Shown: positions 26,985-36,852, counted from the first letter of the stretch. The stretch: 60,401 nt of DNA from an uncultured Verrucomicrobiota bacterium (GCA_903835555.1 CAILNN010000247.1:1-60401), one strand, 5' to 3'. Numbers and translations are program-made. Notes: a model not told the origin generated them from the letters alone.

Positions 26985-29900
26985 ATGGAACCGACGAATC
27001 ATCGGAAAGGCCGCGGACGGCGTCGAGGCTGTCTAAAATGGAGTGGGCGGCTGTTGGCCGTACTGTGCCTCATCGTTGTCATCGCATTTCTTTTCGTCCT
27101 ATACGTTCACGATATCGGGTTCCCCGTTTGGGTGCGCCAACCTCTTATCAGTCAGCTCCGGGCGAATAATCTGGCAGCCGAGTTTGGTCGACTCCGCTGG
27201 CGTTTCCGACGGGGACTGGTGGCCGAAAACCTCCAATTCTTCAGGGTCGGAGAGAGCCACGGGGAAACTCTGACGGTTCAGGAAGCCGAATTGCAACTGG
27301 ATTGGTCCCAAGCCGGGTGGGGCACCGCACCCGGAATTCGGGGACTGGTCTTTCATGGGGGTTCTTTAACGATTCCTCTCCTCTCAACGAATCGTCCATG
27401 TCCACCGCTGATCATCGATCAACTGGATGCCCGCCTGCGCTTCATCTCACCGGAGTGGTGGGAGTTGGATTACCTCCGCGGCAAATGCCTCGATACCGCT
27501 TTTGAGGCAGCTGGTTCACTCACCAATGCTTCCCAGTTGCAAAGTTTCCGCGCTGGCCCGGAATCTGGATATGCTTGGAAGGAAGATCTCCGTCGTTTGG
27601 TTCTATACCGTCCGAACTTGGTTTTTGATGGGGTTCCCAACCTGAAATTGGCTTTTCACTTTGACCTTCGCCATCCCGAGGCAGCGACGGCGGACTTGCG
27701 GCTCGGCGGTGCTGGGTTCCATGCGAAATTTGCCGAAGTGGGGCCTTTTCGGACCGATATCACGGTAAACCAGCCGCCTGGCACCAACGGTCTTATGCAA
27801 CTCTTTGTAGAATTGGCTGTGACCAATCTATCGACTCGATGGGCCGGTGCGCCATCTTTTCGCCTGGAGCTGGACACCGCCCAGTCGCTGACCAGCGCCC
27901 GCCTCGAACCCTTTCGCTGGACTGCCCGGGCCACCGCGCCCAGCAGTGCTCCAGCGTCCGCCCGAGGGCTGGTCGTCCGTGGATCGACGGCCGTAACCAA
28001 CGCCGATGGTTTCACAACGCAATTGACCTGCGAGGTCGATCGTCTGGTCTCCACTTGGGGTACCGCCCGGCAGGCGACCCTCGACTTGACGGTCACTTAT
28101 CCATTCACCTCATCCCCGTCAACCAACATCCCTCCAACCCTGGATGCCCGATTGGTGGCGTCCGACTTGAAGTCGAGTGACGGTTTCATGTCCGGAATCG
28201 TTGCCACTCTTTCGGCAAATCTAGACAGTTCTGTGGCGCAGGCCAACACGACCAATGAATGGTGGTATTCCTGGATGGCACAGACAGCTTTCCGTGGCGA
28301 GGGCGGACAAATCGGTAAGACTGAGCTCCCATCCGTCACCGGTTCCGTCCGATGGCAGGACGGACACTTGTCCATTCTGGAATTGCGCTGCCCCATTTTC
28401 AGTCAACTTTTTTCACTACAGGGAGATATTCAGCCTCGGCAACGCGAACTTCATCTCATCGTGGACGGTCGAGTCCAAGTACCGGAACTGCCCCCAACCT
28501 GGACTTCATTCGCCAGCCCATGGTTGGAGAAATTCGAGTGGGACCCCGGTCATCCGGCGGTCATTCGCGCTACCATTAAGGGCCGATTCCCCGAAATCAA
28601 TCCAGTCTGGACCGCAGACGATTGGCATCGAGAATTGGCTCAATGCCTGTCAGTCGAGGGCGGGATTTGGCTTACAAATCTGACGGTTCGCGGGGTTCTG
28701 CTCCGGTCTGTCAGCCTGCCTTTTGAATGGAATTACCCGAGCGGGACGTTGCCCGCGACACGAATAGAAGGTCCATGGGGTGCTCTTGAAACCTCCGGTC
28801 AGACCGATGGAAATAAGTTTTCGATGAGTATTTATAGCGCCGTGGATCCGGTACCCTTGGCCTCGGCACTAGTCCCGGCGTCGATGCCGGTCTTTGAGCG
28901 ATTTCGATTTGGTGAAACGCCTCTACTCAAGGCAACCATTACCGGAATGCGAAATGACCTTCATCGACTATTGATTTCGGGGAATTTGGAATCCCGTGAC
29001 GTCACCTATCGAGAGGAACGGGTCGACGCCCTCACCGCAGATTTCATTTACCAGGACGGATGGCTGAAGGCGGGTCCGGTGTGGGCTCGGCAAGGGACAA
29101 ATACCGTTCAGGCCGACGGCATTTATTTCAACACCGGCAATGGCTATCTTTATTTCACCAACACCGTCACCACCGTGGACCCCGTGGGAGTGTTTGGTGC
29201 TTTGGGACAACGCACCTTCCAATCCTTTAAGCCGTTTGAGTTTCCGCTCCCGCCTCATGTCGTGATGAATGGAACCATACCGACGGTCGATACCCACACC
29301 GGTGCGGACGTTCGCTTTGATGCCGAGATTCCCAGTTTCCGTTGGCGCTTCCTTGCCGGAACCAATATCAACGCCACGCTCTGGTGGCACGATGGCTCCA
29401 TCATTGTTACCAATCTCGTGGGCGGATTTCATGGGGGCCGAATTTCGGGTAATTTTTCGGCGGACATTCGCGACACCAACGATACCGTATTGCGGTTTGA
29501 TGCGGTGGTCGCCGACAGTCAACTTCGCAGTATATTAAATGATATCACACCACAAACCAATCGCCTGGAGGGCTGGCTGGACGGACGGCTGACGGTGGTG
29601 GAAGCGCATAGTCGAACCAATGGTCCGTGGCAAGGTCAGGGCACGGCCCGACTTCGAGATGGCTTCTTATGGGACCTTCCTCTTTTTGGCGGAGTATCCA
29701 AAGTCCTCGACAAGGCTGTCCCCGGGCTGGGACAGACCCGATTCAATTCCGGTTCCGCGACTTATATCCTCACGAATCGAGCCGTGGTGACTCGCGACTT
29801 GGAGTTGAGGTCACCGACGATGCGGTTGCGATTAAATGGAAGCGTGGATTTCGACACCCAACTGGACGGAAAGCTGGAGGCGACGGTTTTTCGGGACGTG

Positions 29901-30149
29901 CCGCTCCTGGGTCCAATCGTAAATCTTGTATTAAAACCAGTCACCAAATTGCTGGAATACGATATCAAGGGGCGTCTTGATCATCCCGAAATGGAATTGC
30001 GGTATATTCCCAACTTCATGCTCGCGCCGCTGCATCCAGTGGAAACCCTTCGCGAACTGCTCCTCATTGACAGGGGCCGATTGACTAACGCTCCGCCCGT
30101 AGAGGCAAAAGGGACTGTCGATCCATCAACGCCGCCAAGCCCCAAGTAG
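26985..30149 (+). CDS. AsmA-like envelope protein
   Basis: N-terminal TM, long beta-rich periplasmic body, AsmA-like C-terminus (GQGTARLRDGFLWDLPLFG...YDIKGRLDHPE). Confidence 0.78.
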   Translation: MEPTNHRKGRGRRRGCLKWSGRLLAVLCLIVVIAFLFVLYVHDIGFPVWVRQPLISQLRANNLAAEFGRLRWRFRRGLVAENLQFFRVGESHGETLTVQEAELQLDWSQAGWGTAPGIRGLVFHGGSLTIPLLSTNRPCPPLIIDQLDARLRFISPEWWELDYLRGKCLDTAFEAAGSLTNASQLQSFRAGPESGYAWKEDLRRLVLYRPNLVFDGVPNLKLAFHFDLRHPEAATADLRLGGAGFHAKFAEVGPFRTDITVNQPPGTNGLMQLFVELAVTNLSTRWAGAPSFRLELDTAQSLTSARLEPFRWTARATAPSSAPASARGLVVRGSTAVTNADGFTTQLTCEVDRLVSTWGTARQATLDLTVTYPFTSSPSTNIPPTLDARLVASDLKSSDGFMSGIVATLSANLDSSVAQANTTNEWWYSWMAQTAFRGEGGQIGKTELPSVTGSVRWQDGHLSILELRCPIFSQLFSLQGDIQPRQRELHLIVDGRVQVPELPPTWTSFASPWLEKFEWDPGHPAVIRATIKGRFPEINPVWTADDWHRELAQCLSVEGGIWLTNLTVRGVLLRSVSLPFEWNYPSGTLPATRIEGPWGALETSGQTDGNKFSMSIYSAVDPVPLASALVPASMPVFERFRFGETPLLKATITGMRNDLHRLLISGNLESRDVTYREERVDALTADFIYQDGWLKAGPVWARQGTNTVQADGIYFNTGNGYLYFTNTVTTVDPVGVFGALGQRTFQSFKPFEFPLPPHVVMNGTIPTVDTHTGADVRFDAEIPSFRWRFLAGTNINATLWWHDGSIIVTNLVGGFHGGRISGNFSADIRDTNDTVLRFDAVVADSQLRSILNDITPQTNRLEGWLDGRLTVVEAHSRTNGPWQGQGTARLRDGFLWDLPLFGGVSKVLDKAVPGLGQTRFNSGSATYILTNRAVVTRDLELRSPTMRLRLNGSVDFDTQLDGKLEATVFRDVPLLGPIVNLVLKPVTKLLEYDIKGRLDHPEMELRYIPNFMLAPLHPVETLRELLLIDRGRLTNAPPVEAKGTVDPSTPPSPK

Positions 30150-30205
30150 TTGAGTGAATGCCGGTCTCTCGACATTTCATTGTCGGGAGGCCACCTTTCT
30201 GAACA

Positions 30206-30985
30206 ATGTCTACGTTGGTTATTGCAGGCCGTGCTTTTCAATCCCGGTTATTCTTGGGCACCGGCAAGTTTGCATCGCCGGAAGCCATGCGCGACGCATT
30301 GGCGGCCAGCGGTGCAGAAATAGTCACCGTCGCGCTACGGCGCGCTGACCTCAGCGGACAACGGGATCCCTACGCCAACATTCTGGAATTCATCGATCCC
30401 GATCGCTACCTGCTCCTTCCAAACACCAGCGGTGCGATCAACGCCGAGGAAGCCGTGCGTCTCGCGCGACTGGCGGTGGCGGCCGGACTCCCAAAATGGG
30501 TCAAGCTGGAGATTCATCCCGACCCTCGGCACCTGCTACCTGATCCCATTGAGACGCTGAAAGCCGCTGAAATCCTGGTTCGCGAAGGCTTTGTCGTATT
30601 GCCGTATATCAATGCGGACCCGGTCTTGGCGCGACGACTACAGGAAGTCGGCACGGCGACCGTCATGCCGCTCGGATCGCCAATCGGTTCCCATCGGGGA
30701 CTGCAAACTCGCGACCAACTTCGGTTGATCATCGAGCAAGCAACTGTTCCGGTCGTCATTGATGCTGGCATTGGCGCACCGAGCCATGCGGCGGAAGCGA
30801 TGGAGCTGGGTGCCGATGCCGTGCTGATCAACACGGCGATAGCGGTTGCAGCCGACCCCAACCGAATGGCCATCGCCTTCCGCCAGGCCGTGGAGGCAGG
30901 ACGGACGGCGTATGAGGTTGGCTTGGGCACTCCGATAGACGGAGCGGCGGCCACGAGTCCGCTAACGGGGTTTCTGAACGGGTAG
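30206..30985 (+). CDS. thiG: thiazole synthase
   Basis: [41 protein letters not shown]. Confidence 0.97.
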   Translation: MSTLVIAGRAFQSRLFLGTGKFASPEAMRDALAASGAEIVTVALRRADLSGQRDPYANILEFIDPDRYLLLPNTSGAINAEEAVRLARLAVAAGLPKWVKLEIHPDPRHLLPDPIETLKAAEILVREGFVVLPYINADPVLARRLQEVGTATVMPLGSPIGSHRGLQTRDQLRLIIEQATVPVVIDAGIGAPSHAAEAMELGADAVLINTAIAVAADPNRMAIAFRQAVEAGRTAYEVGLGTPIDGAAATSPLTGFLNG

Positions 30986-31008
30986 TTTTTCGTTCTTGAA
31001 AATACCCG
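30979..31008. terminator. possible bidirectional hairpin between thiG and the DUF1269 gene
   Basis: CGGGTA(G)TTTT...AAAATACCCG imperfect stem at a convergent junction. Confidence 0.3.
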
Positions 31009-31509
31009 CTATTGGGCAGCGGAATTCCCGTGATTCAGGGCTTCCTGGAGTTTGGTTTCGTCGTCGTGACTGAGGGAGGTTTGCAGAATCGTCCCTCCGA
31101 ATTTCTGGATCTCCTCGACAACTTTGTCGGTCGTCATCTTGCGGATTAGGACAAACAACGCCGAGGTTCCTGGTTCCAATTTAGCCGCTAGCGATTTCAT
31201 GAAATCGTCGTTGATGCCGACATCGGTCAAAGCGCCAGAAATAGCACCGGAACCCGCGCCAATGGCTGCGCCCAAAATGGGATTGAGGAACAGACAGCCA
31301 ATGAGGGCACCCCAGAATCCACCGGAAACCGCACCTGCCGCAGTGAGGTTCACGGGTTGATGAAGCTTGATTGTGCCATCTCCCTCTTTGGTGCCAACGA
31401 CGGCATCTTCCAGATCGATCAGGTACTCGCTCTGAAGTTTTAACAGGGTGGAGCGAACTTCCTCGGCTTTGGACAAGTCGGGATAGGCAACGGCGATGAA
31501 TTGGGACAT
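31009..31509 (-). CDS. DUF1269 family membrane protein
   Basis: LIDLEDAVV, GAVSGGFWGALIG, DVGINDDFMK, PGTSALFVL. Confidence 0.9.
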   Translation of the reverse strand: MSQFIAVAYPDLSKAEEVRSTLLKLQSEYLIDLEDAVVGTKEGDGTIKLHQPVNLTAAGAVSGGFWGALIGCLFLNPILGAAIGAGSGAISGALTDVGINDDFMKSLAAKLEPGTSALFVLIRKMTTDKVVEEIQKFGGTILQTSLSHDDETKLQEALNHGNSAAQ

Positions 31510-31589
31510 GGCAGGGGGGCGTGTGGTTTAGAGTATGGTTCTGAGTAATTATTCCTCGCCTGTTCGACCCGTTTTGTCAATTTGTCCCC

Positions 31590-32332
31590 ATGGCGTGTTT
31601 TCGGTGCGTCCTAGTATGGCTTGCGCCCATCGTCCTGTTTGTCCGAGCGCTCGGTGAATCGCACGGTTCTGCGGGGACGGTCCCGCAGTTCCTGCGCTCG
31701 TATGGATATGCCCCCGTTGAACTCACGCTGACTTCGGGGAATTCCCATATCCACGAGGGAAATCATTCCCTGGAAACCCGGTTTATTGCCCAAGGAAGTT
31801 TGGGAGGGCGCTCGATGGGCATGTTTATTGACACCGGTTGCAGCATTTCCCTCATAGAATCCCGTCACGTAGGGAGCCCGGTGGAGCGAACGAAAATGGA
31901 GCTTCAAGGGAATGACCTGCTCGGGGCCAAAGTAACTGCGCGCGAGCGGGTTAAACTGGAGCCAATCGTATTGGGGGATTGCCGGTTTAATGCGCAACCG
32001 GCGGAGGTCGTGGAACATTTTTTGACGAAGACCAAATAACACCCATGGGGCTGAAGATTCACTCGCTACACTCGACCATTGGAGGTGCCAAAGGAACATC
32101 CAGGAGTTTGTCCTGGGCGGCACTTCCGACGTTTCAAATCGGCTCCCATCGAGTGGAAAAATTCGAAGTCGGCATTACTTCTCTCAAAGGATTCAATAAG
32201 CCCCGACTGGATACCGGGGCTTCGCCTCTCCTGGGTGTCTTAGGGATAGATTATCTTTTGCGGGAAGGGGCCTCGATTGATTTTCAGGGTGGCACGATTT
32301 ATTTCCAGCGAACGGGGGTTGCGCGTCAATAG
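31590..32332 (+). pseudogene. split retropepsin-like aspartyl protease (ORFs 31590-32039 and 32045-32332)
   Basis: First ORF has a signal peptide and FIDTGCS; second has LLGVLGIDYL...IDF; frames switch near a T6 run at 32018-32023. Confidence 0.65.
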
Positions 32333-32447
32333 ACGGGAATAAACCCCATATTTCAGGCTCAGGACTGCTGACCGCGTGAAAGAGTGGTGGCCTGAATCGG
32401 GTCAAAACCGAGGATAATAACCGAAGCACGGACAGTCGTGTCCGCTA

Positions 32448-32531
32448 ATCGCAGGTCTCCAGACCTGCTCGATGATTCGGACCGCAATCCGTTTCAAACA
32501 AGCCGCCGAGCAGACTAAAAGTCTGCGATAC
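32448..32531. repeat. inverted doublet of REP-like palindromes (REPIN-like)
   Basis: ATCGCAGGTCTCCAGACCTGCTCG (32448-32471) and CGAGCAGACTAAAAGTCTGCGATAC (32507-32531), each a hairpin and mutually inverted; another hairpin CGGACA...TGTCCG lies just upstream. Confidence 0.6.
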
Positions 32532-32588
32532 GGCACCGTCCTACCCGGGGCGCTCGGGGTCAGGTGCAGGATAACTTGCGCGGCGGGC

Positions 32589-32765
32589 CTAGTGTCGTGT
32601 ATCCCAAATAGCTTACAGTTTGCCGCGAGGGATTTTCGGCTCCCGCGCGGCGACGAGCGACGAGCATACCCGCAGTGGTCTGTGAGGAGCGAGCAACGAA
32701 GCGGGAGCCGAAAAGAACTGCGGCCCTGCGGGTTGCGCCTAAAATGCCCTAAGGCCGCGACAAAC
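32589..32765. mobile_element. longer, apparently truncated copy of the CTAG-ended MITE
   Basis: First 36 nt match 11701-11736 with 3 mismatches; internal 14-bp IR TTTTCGGCTCCCGC (32633-32646) / GCGGGAGCCGAAAA (32701-32714); no right terminal IR seen, so the right boundary is approximate. Confidence 0.6.
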
Positions 32766-32774
32766 AACCTCCCA

Positions 32775-33692
32775 TCACGGACCGGTTACGAGTCGGAAAA
32801 ACGCCGAACCGTTTTTCAAGGGAATGGATACCGACAAATCCCCATTGGTTCTGGCTGTAACAATCCCCGCAGGCATCCAAGTCGCGCCCGGTGCCAGGGT
32901 ACTGGATACCTCGGGCTTCCACGGAGTCGTCAAGGCTGGCCAGGACAGGGTCAGCGAGCCCGTGGAAGTGGAGCCTGCCACGATGGGAGTCGCCACTCCT
33001 TTGGCAACAAAGGTTACGGTCCCTTGGAGGGTGCCAATCTCAGGAGCATTCGCAAGGGCCGGACCGCTAAATCCCAGTTGACCACTCCATTGCACCGAAT
33101 CGTTCGTGAAGGACAGTGTCCCAGCAATCGCGTCAATCGTGGTGGGTAGGTTGCTGGAGAGTGATTGTATGCCGACACAGGGGAGTTCCTGGGCAATTAA
33201 TCCGGAACAGACCAATCCGGTTCCACGATAGTCGATCACTCCGCTCAGTTGATTGGTGATGGAATGAAAGGTGACCTGCCCTAGGCTTAATGGTTCCCAA
33301 GTCGGTGTCGCCGGGGTCGCACTGCTTTGGGAGCCCAATCCGGTGATGTTGACGGTCAAAGAACCGAAAATGCCGTAGTGAAACGAATAAACCTGGCCGT
33401 TGGTGGTTTGAAACTGAAATTCCAAGAGTTTAGCCGAAGTCGGCGGCCACCCGCCCTGGAAGGCAATCAGGGATCGCCCGATCAGTGATTGGGTGTGGGA
33501 ATCAGTCTGACCTTCAAGCGTGGCGGACGAGCTGAGCGTGGAGCTGGCAGAAACCCAGTCCAGCCACACTTGTGATTCACCGCCAAGGCAGGTCATCCAA
33601 TTTCCCAAGAGCAGAAGGCTCAGGAAACAAAGGGCAAAACGGGAAAGACAGCGTGCGAGCGAACGCCATTGGCAAAGAAATGGTTGATGCAT
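32775..33692 (-). CDS. secreted Ser/Thr-rich hypothetical protein with C-terminal LSWP...W...FFRL domain
   Basis: Signal-peptide-like N-terminus; ends LTLSWPALTTPWKPEVSSTLAPGATW...SAFFRLVTGP. Confidence 0.7.
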   Translation of the reverse strand: MHQPFLCQWRSLARCLSRFALCFLSLLLLGNWMTCLGGESQVWLDWVSASSTLSSSATLEGQTDSHTQSLIGRSLIAFQGGWPPTSAKLLEFQFQTTNGQVYSFHYGIFGSLTVNITGLGSQSSATPATPTWEPLSLGQVTFHSITNQLSGVIDYRGTGLVCSGLIAQELPCVGIQSLSSNLPTTIDAIAGTLSFTNDSVQWSGQLGFSGPALANAPEIGTLQGTVTFVAKGVATPIVAGSTSTGSLTLSWPALTTPWKPEVSSTLAPGATWMPAGIVTARTNGDLSVSIPLKNGSAFFRLVTGP

Positions 33693-33830
33693 GTACAACA
33701 GGTGTATCTAGGGCCGAATTTTGCCGGGTTTGCACCAGATTTTGGGTGGAGGTACTCAGTATTTCGCGCCATTTGCCCGTACCAACGGATATTGGTCGCA
33801 TCCGGTTGTCTACAAGGAGGACCGTTGGTT

Positions 33831-34892
33831 ATGGCATTGGCATCGTTTCCGGTTGCGCGAGAGCAGCAGGTCTTGTTGACTGTAGTTAGGTGGCTGAGTC
33901 ATTGGCGGAATCGGTTGCGTTGTGCAACTAGGATAGTTGCAATTTTGGTTGTTGAGACAAACATTGCCCGTCAAACTTCGCTTCCGACTGTCCTCAATTC
34001 TCCGGTTAATGGTGGCCAAAATTCCATTACAAATACCCCTTCAAATCCTTCGACGGCGGTCAGCCTTCCAACTAATTTTCCAAACAACGCGATTTCCATG
34101 GAGGCGCTTGGGGCGATTGTCCAATTCCAGTCCAAACTTGTCGATGCTGAGAGGGTACACGAGAAGGTGGTTGAAGGCCATGAAGAATGGATTCGTTTCT
34201 TGCTCGAAGGGGTAGTGGTATGTTCCGGGGCTATTTTCGCATATTTTGGATATCAAGACCTCAAAGAACAACGGGAACATCGATCTGCGCTCAAATCCGA
34301 GGCAACCGACACGGCGAATCAAATATTCAGGGAGGTATTTGCAAAGAAATTCGATAACATTTAGAACAGATTGGAAACGTTGGCGATTGAGTCGGATTTT
34401 GGAAGTACGGTCAGTCTTTTGATCCCACTCGTCAATCTAGAGGGGAATATTTCGAAATATCCGTTGGCGTGCAATTTGGCTAGGGAAAAAGCGATTAGGT
34501 TTCTCGACCAAAAATGCGACACCCAACAGCTCAGACATATTGCGATCTTACTTGGGCGGCTGACGGAGGAGCAACAAGGTTACAAAGATGCGATCGTCTG
34601 TCTTACAACGTTTATTGAATCTTGGACAATTCATGGACGTCCTAGAGATAAGAACTTGGGCGTCCTATACTTTAACCGTGCTTGCTATCGGAGTAGAATC
34701 GCGGAATCTTTGCCCGGCGAAAAAGACCGGAAGCGTGAGGCATGGGATGACGTCGTCATGGCAGCCCTCTACGATCCTAAGCTTAAAGATGACGCCTTTA
34801 CCGACCCAGACCTCACCTTTACCGTCAAAGACAAAGTAGCGCAAGACCTCACCAAAGCGTTGCTCGAACGCCGCGGAGAGGTAAAAAACTAA
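33831..34892 (+). pseudogene. membrane/TPR-like gene interrupted by one in-frame TAG at 34362-34364
   Basis: AAGGAGG RBS before ATG 33831; the ORFs ending 34364 and starting 34371 share a frame; TM segment then TPR-like LYFNRACYRS; visibly more AT-rich than neighbours. Confidence 0.55.
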
Positions 34893-35097
34893 GCCAACAC
34901 CCCCGATTATCGAATGAGCAACCGACTACCCCTTCACCGAAGTCAGACTCATCTCCTTGATAGATTCTTTGATTTTCATATCTGTACAATAGTTCAACAC
35001 GCTTCGATAGACAAACAAAAAATGCTCAAAGCGTTTTTCCTTTGGCCCGTTTGGAAAGGAGGCTTTCTTCGATTCAATCTTCGCGGTCGAGCGGTCA

Positions 35098-35841
35098 CTA
35101 ATGGGAAAATTGTCGACAACAACGGACATGCCAAGCTGCCACCTCCACAGCCTCCGCGTAATGCAAAAGGGCGGGTGGCATCGACAACTGGATTCCCAAG
35201 CCGTTGGTCATCGTGTTGGTGCGGATTTCAGCGGTTGCCGGCTGGAGGGGCCAGGGATCATGGGCGATTCGTCCGGAGAAGAGACGCCCCCTATTATCGG
35301 CCGAGAACAAGAAATACCGTTCTGTCAGCCAATGTTCCAGGCTACCCGGGCGCGAGCGGAAACATTCGCCAATGGGGCGGTAGCGAGCCGAAAAATCGGC
35401 GCTGGGATAATGACGTTCGGTTCGTCGACTGGAATAATCGATGTTGGCCTGATTCTCGACGCAGGCCATTTCGGCGTGCCGGTACGGCAGGTGATAAAGG
35501 GCCCGAGCTGCAACGACTGCCAACGGACTGGCTGCATCCAGGCTGAAAAACCAGACGCCCGGACGTTCCCGATGGCGGACGTAGGTTCGAACGTTGAGCT
35601 CTGGAAATGCGGATGTTCCAGGAATGGGAGGTAGCCCCCGCAAGCGGACTCCACTCATCCGAAAGGGAACAATTCCCAGCCAAGCCTGGCCGTCAAAGAG
35701 GTCGAGCTCCAAGGCAGGCGGCATTTGGGCCGACAGCAAAGCCGAATCCACCGGCCAGTGGGCAAATAACAGCGTTTCCCAACGCATCCGTATCCAGCCT
35801 CCCGAACCTTGGGGCTGCGAACGGCTTTGAGAGTCGCTCAT
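35098..35841 (-). CDS. YqjF/DUF2071 family protein
   Basis: LLFAHWPV, GIVPFRM, FPELNVRTYV, GVWFFSLDA, LTERY. Confidence 0.92.
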   Translation of the reverse strand: MSDSQSRSQPQGSGGWIRMRWETLLFAHWPVDSALLSAQMPPALELDLFDGQAWLGIVPFRMSGVRLRGLPPIPGTSAFPELNVRTYVRHRERPGVWFFSLDAASPLAVVAARALYHLPYRHAEMACVENQANIDYSSRRTERHYPSADFSARYRPIGECFRSRPGSLEHWLTERYFLFSADNRGRLFSGRIAHDPWPLQPATAEIRTNTMTNGLGIQLSMPPALLHYAEAVEVAAWHVRCCRQFSH

Positions 35842-35978
35842 TTCCTCAGAATAGACCTGCCCCCGACTTTTTCATCCCGAAAACTCCGATCGATGCTAAT
35901 CTCATCGGTGCGGACATCGCATCCGGGGATGCGGCGAAGTGCTAACGGATACTCGACAGGGCTGGAACACAATGTGTT

Positions 35979-36731
35979 ATGGGAAAAGACTTTGACGGGC
36001 AGGGAATCGTTATTTTCGGCGGTGCCGGTGGAATCGGTTCAGCGGTCTGCCGCCGGGTCATGGCTGAAGGTGGTCGTGTGCTAATCGCCGGACGCCAGGC
36101 AGAAAAGTTACAACAACTCGCCGCTGAATCGGGAGCAGAATGGCAAGTGGCCGATGTCACCGATGCAGTTTCGGTCGATGCCTGCTTCCAAAGGGGCACT
36201 GAGCTCTTGGGAAAGGTCGATGGCGTGGTGAATGCCGTCGGCTCGATCCTGCTGAAACCCGCTCACTTGACCTCAGACGCCGAATGGGCGGCAACCATAG
36301 CCATCAATCTGACCTCGTCGTTTTATGTGGTGAGAGCCGCCTGCCGCAGCTTGATGAAAACCGGGGGCGGTTCGATCGTGCTTTGCTCATCGGTGGCGGC
36401 AGGTCGCGGACTAATCAACCATGAAGCGATTGCAGCCGCGAAAGCCGGTGTGGAGGGTCTCGCGCTGGCGTCCGCTGCCAGCTATGCCCGACAGAAAATT
36501 CGGGTGAATTGTGTTGCCCCGGGTCTGACCCGAACGCCGCTGACCCACTCTTTAACCAGCAATGAGGTGGTGGCCAAAGCCTCTGCGGGGATGCATCCGC
36601 TCGGTCGTATTGGCGAAGCGGAAGAGGTGGCGTCGGCCATCACGTGGCTGCTGTCGCCCCGACAGGGATGGATCACCGGTCAGGTCATAGGCGTGGATGG
36701 CGGAATGGGTCGAATCCAGGCGCGGGGGTAA
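35979..36731 (+). CDS. short-chain dehydrogenase/reductase
   Basis: GGAGGIG, NHEAIAAAKAG (catalytic Tyr position occupied by Ile), NCVAPG, GQVIGVDGG. Confidence 0.9.
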   Translation: MGKDFDGQGIVIFGGAGGIGSAVCRRVMAEGGRVLIAGRQAEKLQQLAAESGAEWQVADVTDAVSVDACFQRGTELLGKVDGVVNAVGSILLKPAHLTSDAEWAATIAINLTSSFYVVRAACRSLMKTGGGSIVLCSSVAAGRGLINHEAIAAAKAGVEGLALASAASYARQKIRVNCVAPGLTRTPLTHSLTSNEVVAKASAGMHPLGRIGEAEEVASAITWLLSPRQGWITGQVIGVDGGMGRIQARG

Positions 36732-36820
36732 TATATCGTGCTCTGGTGGCGTCTGGTAATCAGAAGATGGAATACAGGAGGTCCGCACCGGGCTTGCGTC
36801 CCTAGATGGGCGGCATACCT

Positions 36821-36844
36821 TACCGGAGTTATTTTGTCCGCTTT
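36821..36844 (+). promoter_or_regulatory. candidate IscR/Rrf2-type operator
   Basis: TACCGGAGTTATTTTGTCCGCTTT directly upstream of the cysteine desulfurase start; resembles the IscR type 1 motif. Confidence 0.4.
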
Positions 36845-36852
36845 GACGTGTT

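Noticed and set aside
32402-33149. ORFs 32402..32767 (-) and 32472..33149 (+)
   Set aside because: They run through REP/MITE sequence or antisense to a better gene and show no protein motifs.
34362-34364. Pyrrolysine or genome-wide TAG recoding
   Set aside because: TAG ends many conserved genes here (thiG, jag, htrA, MBOAT) and no pyl genes are present.
34914-35546. 210-aa + strand ORF
   Set aside because: Mostly antisense to the well-supported YqjF gene; no motifs.
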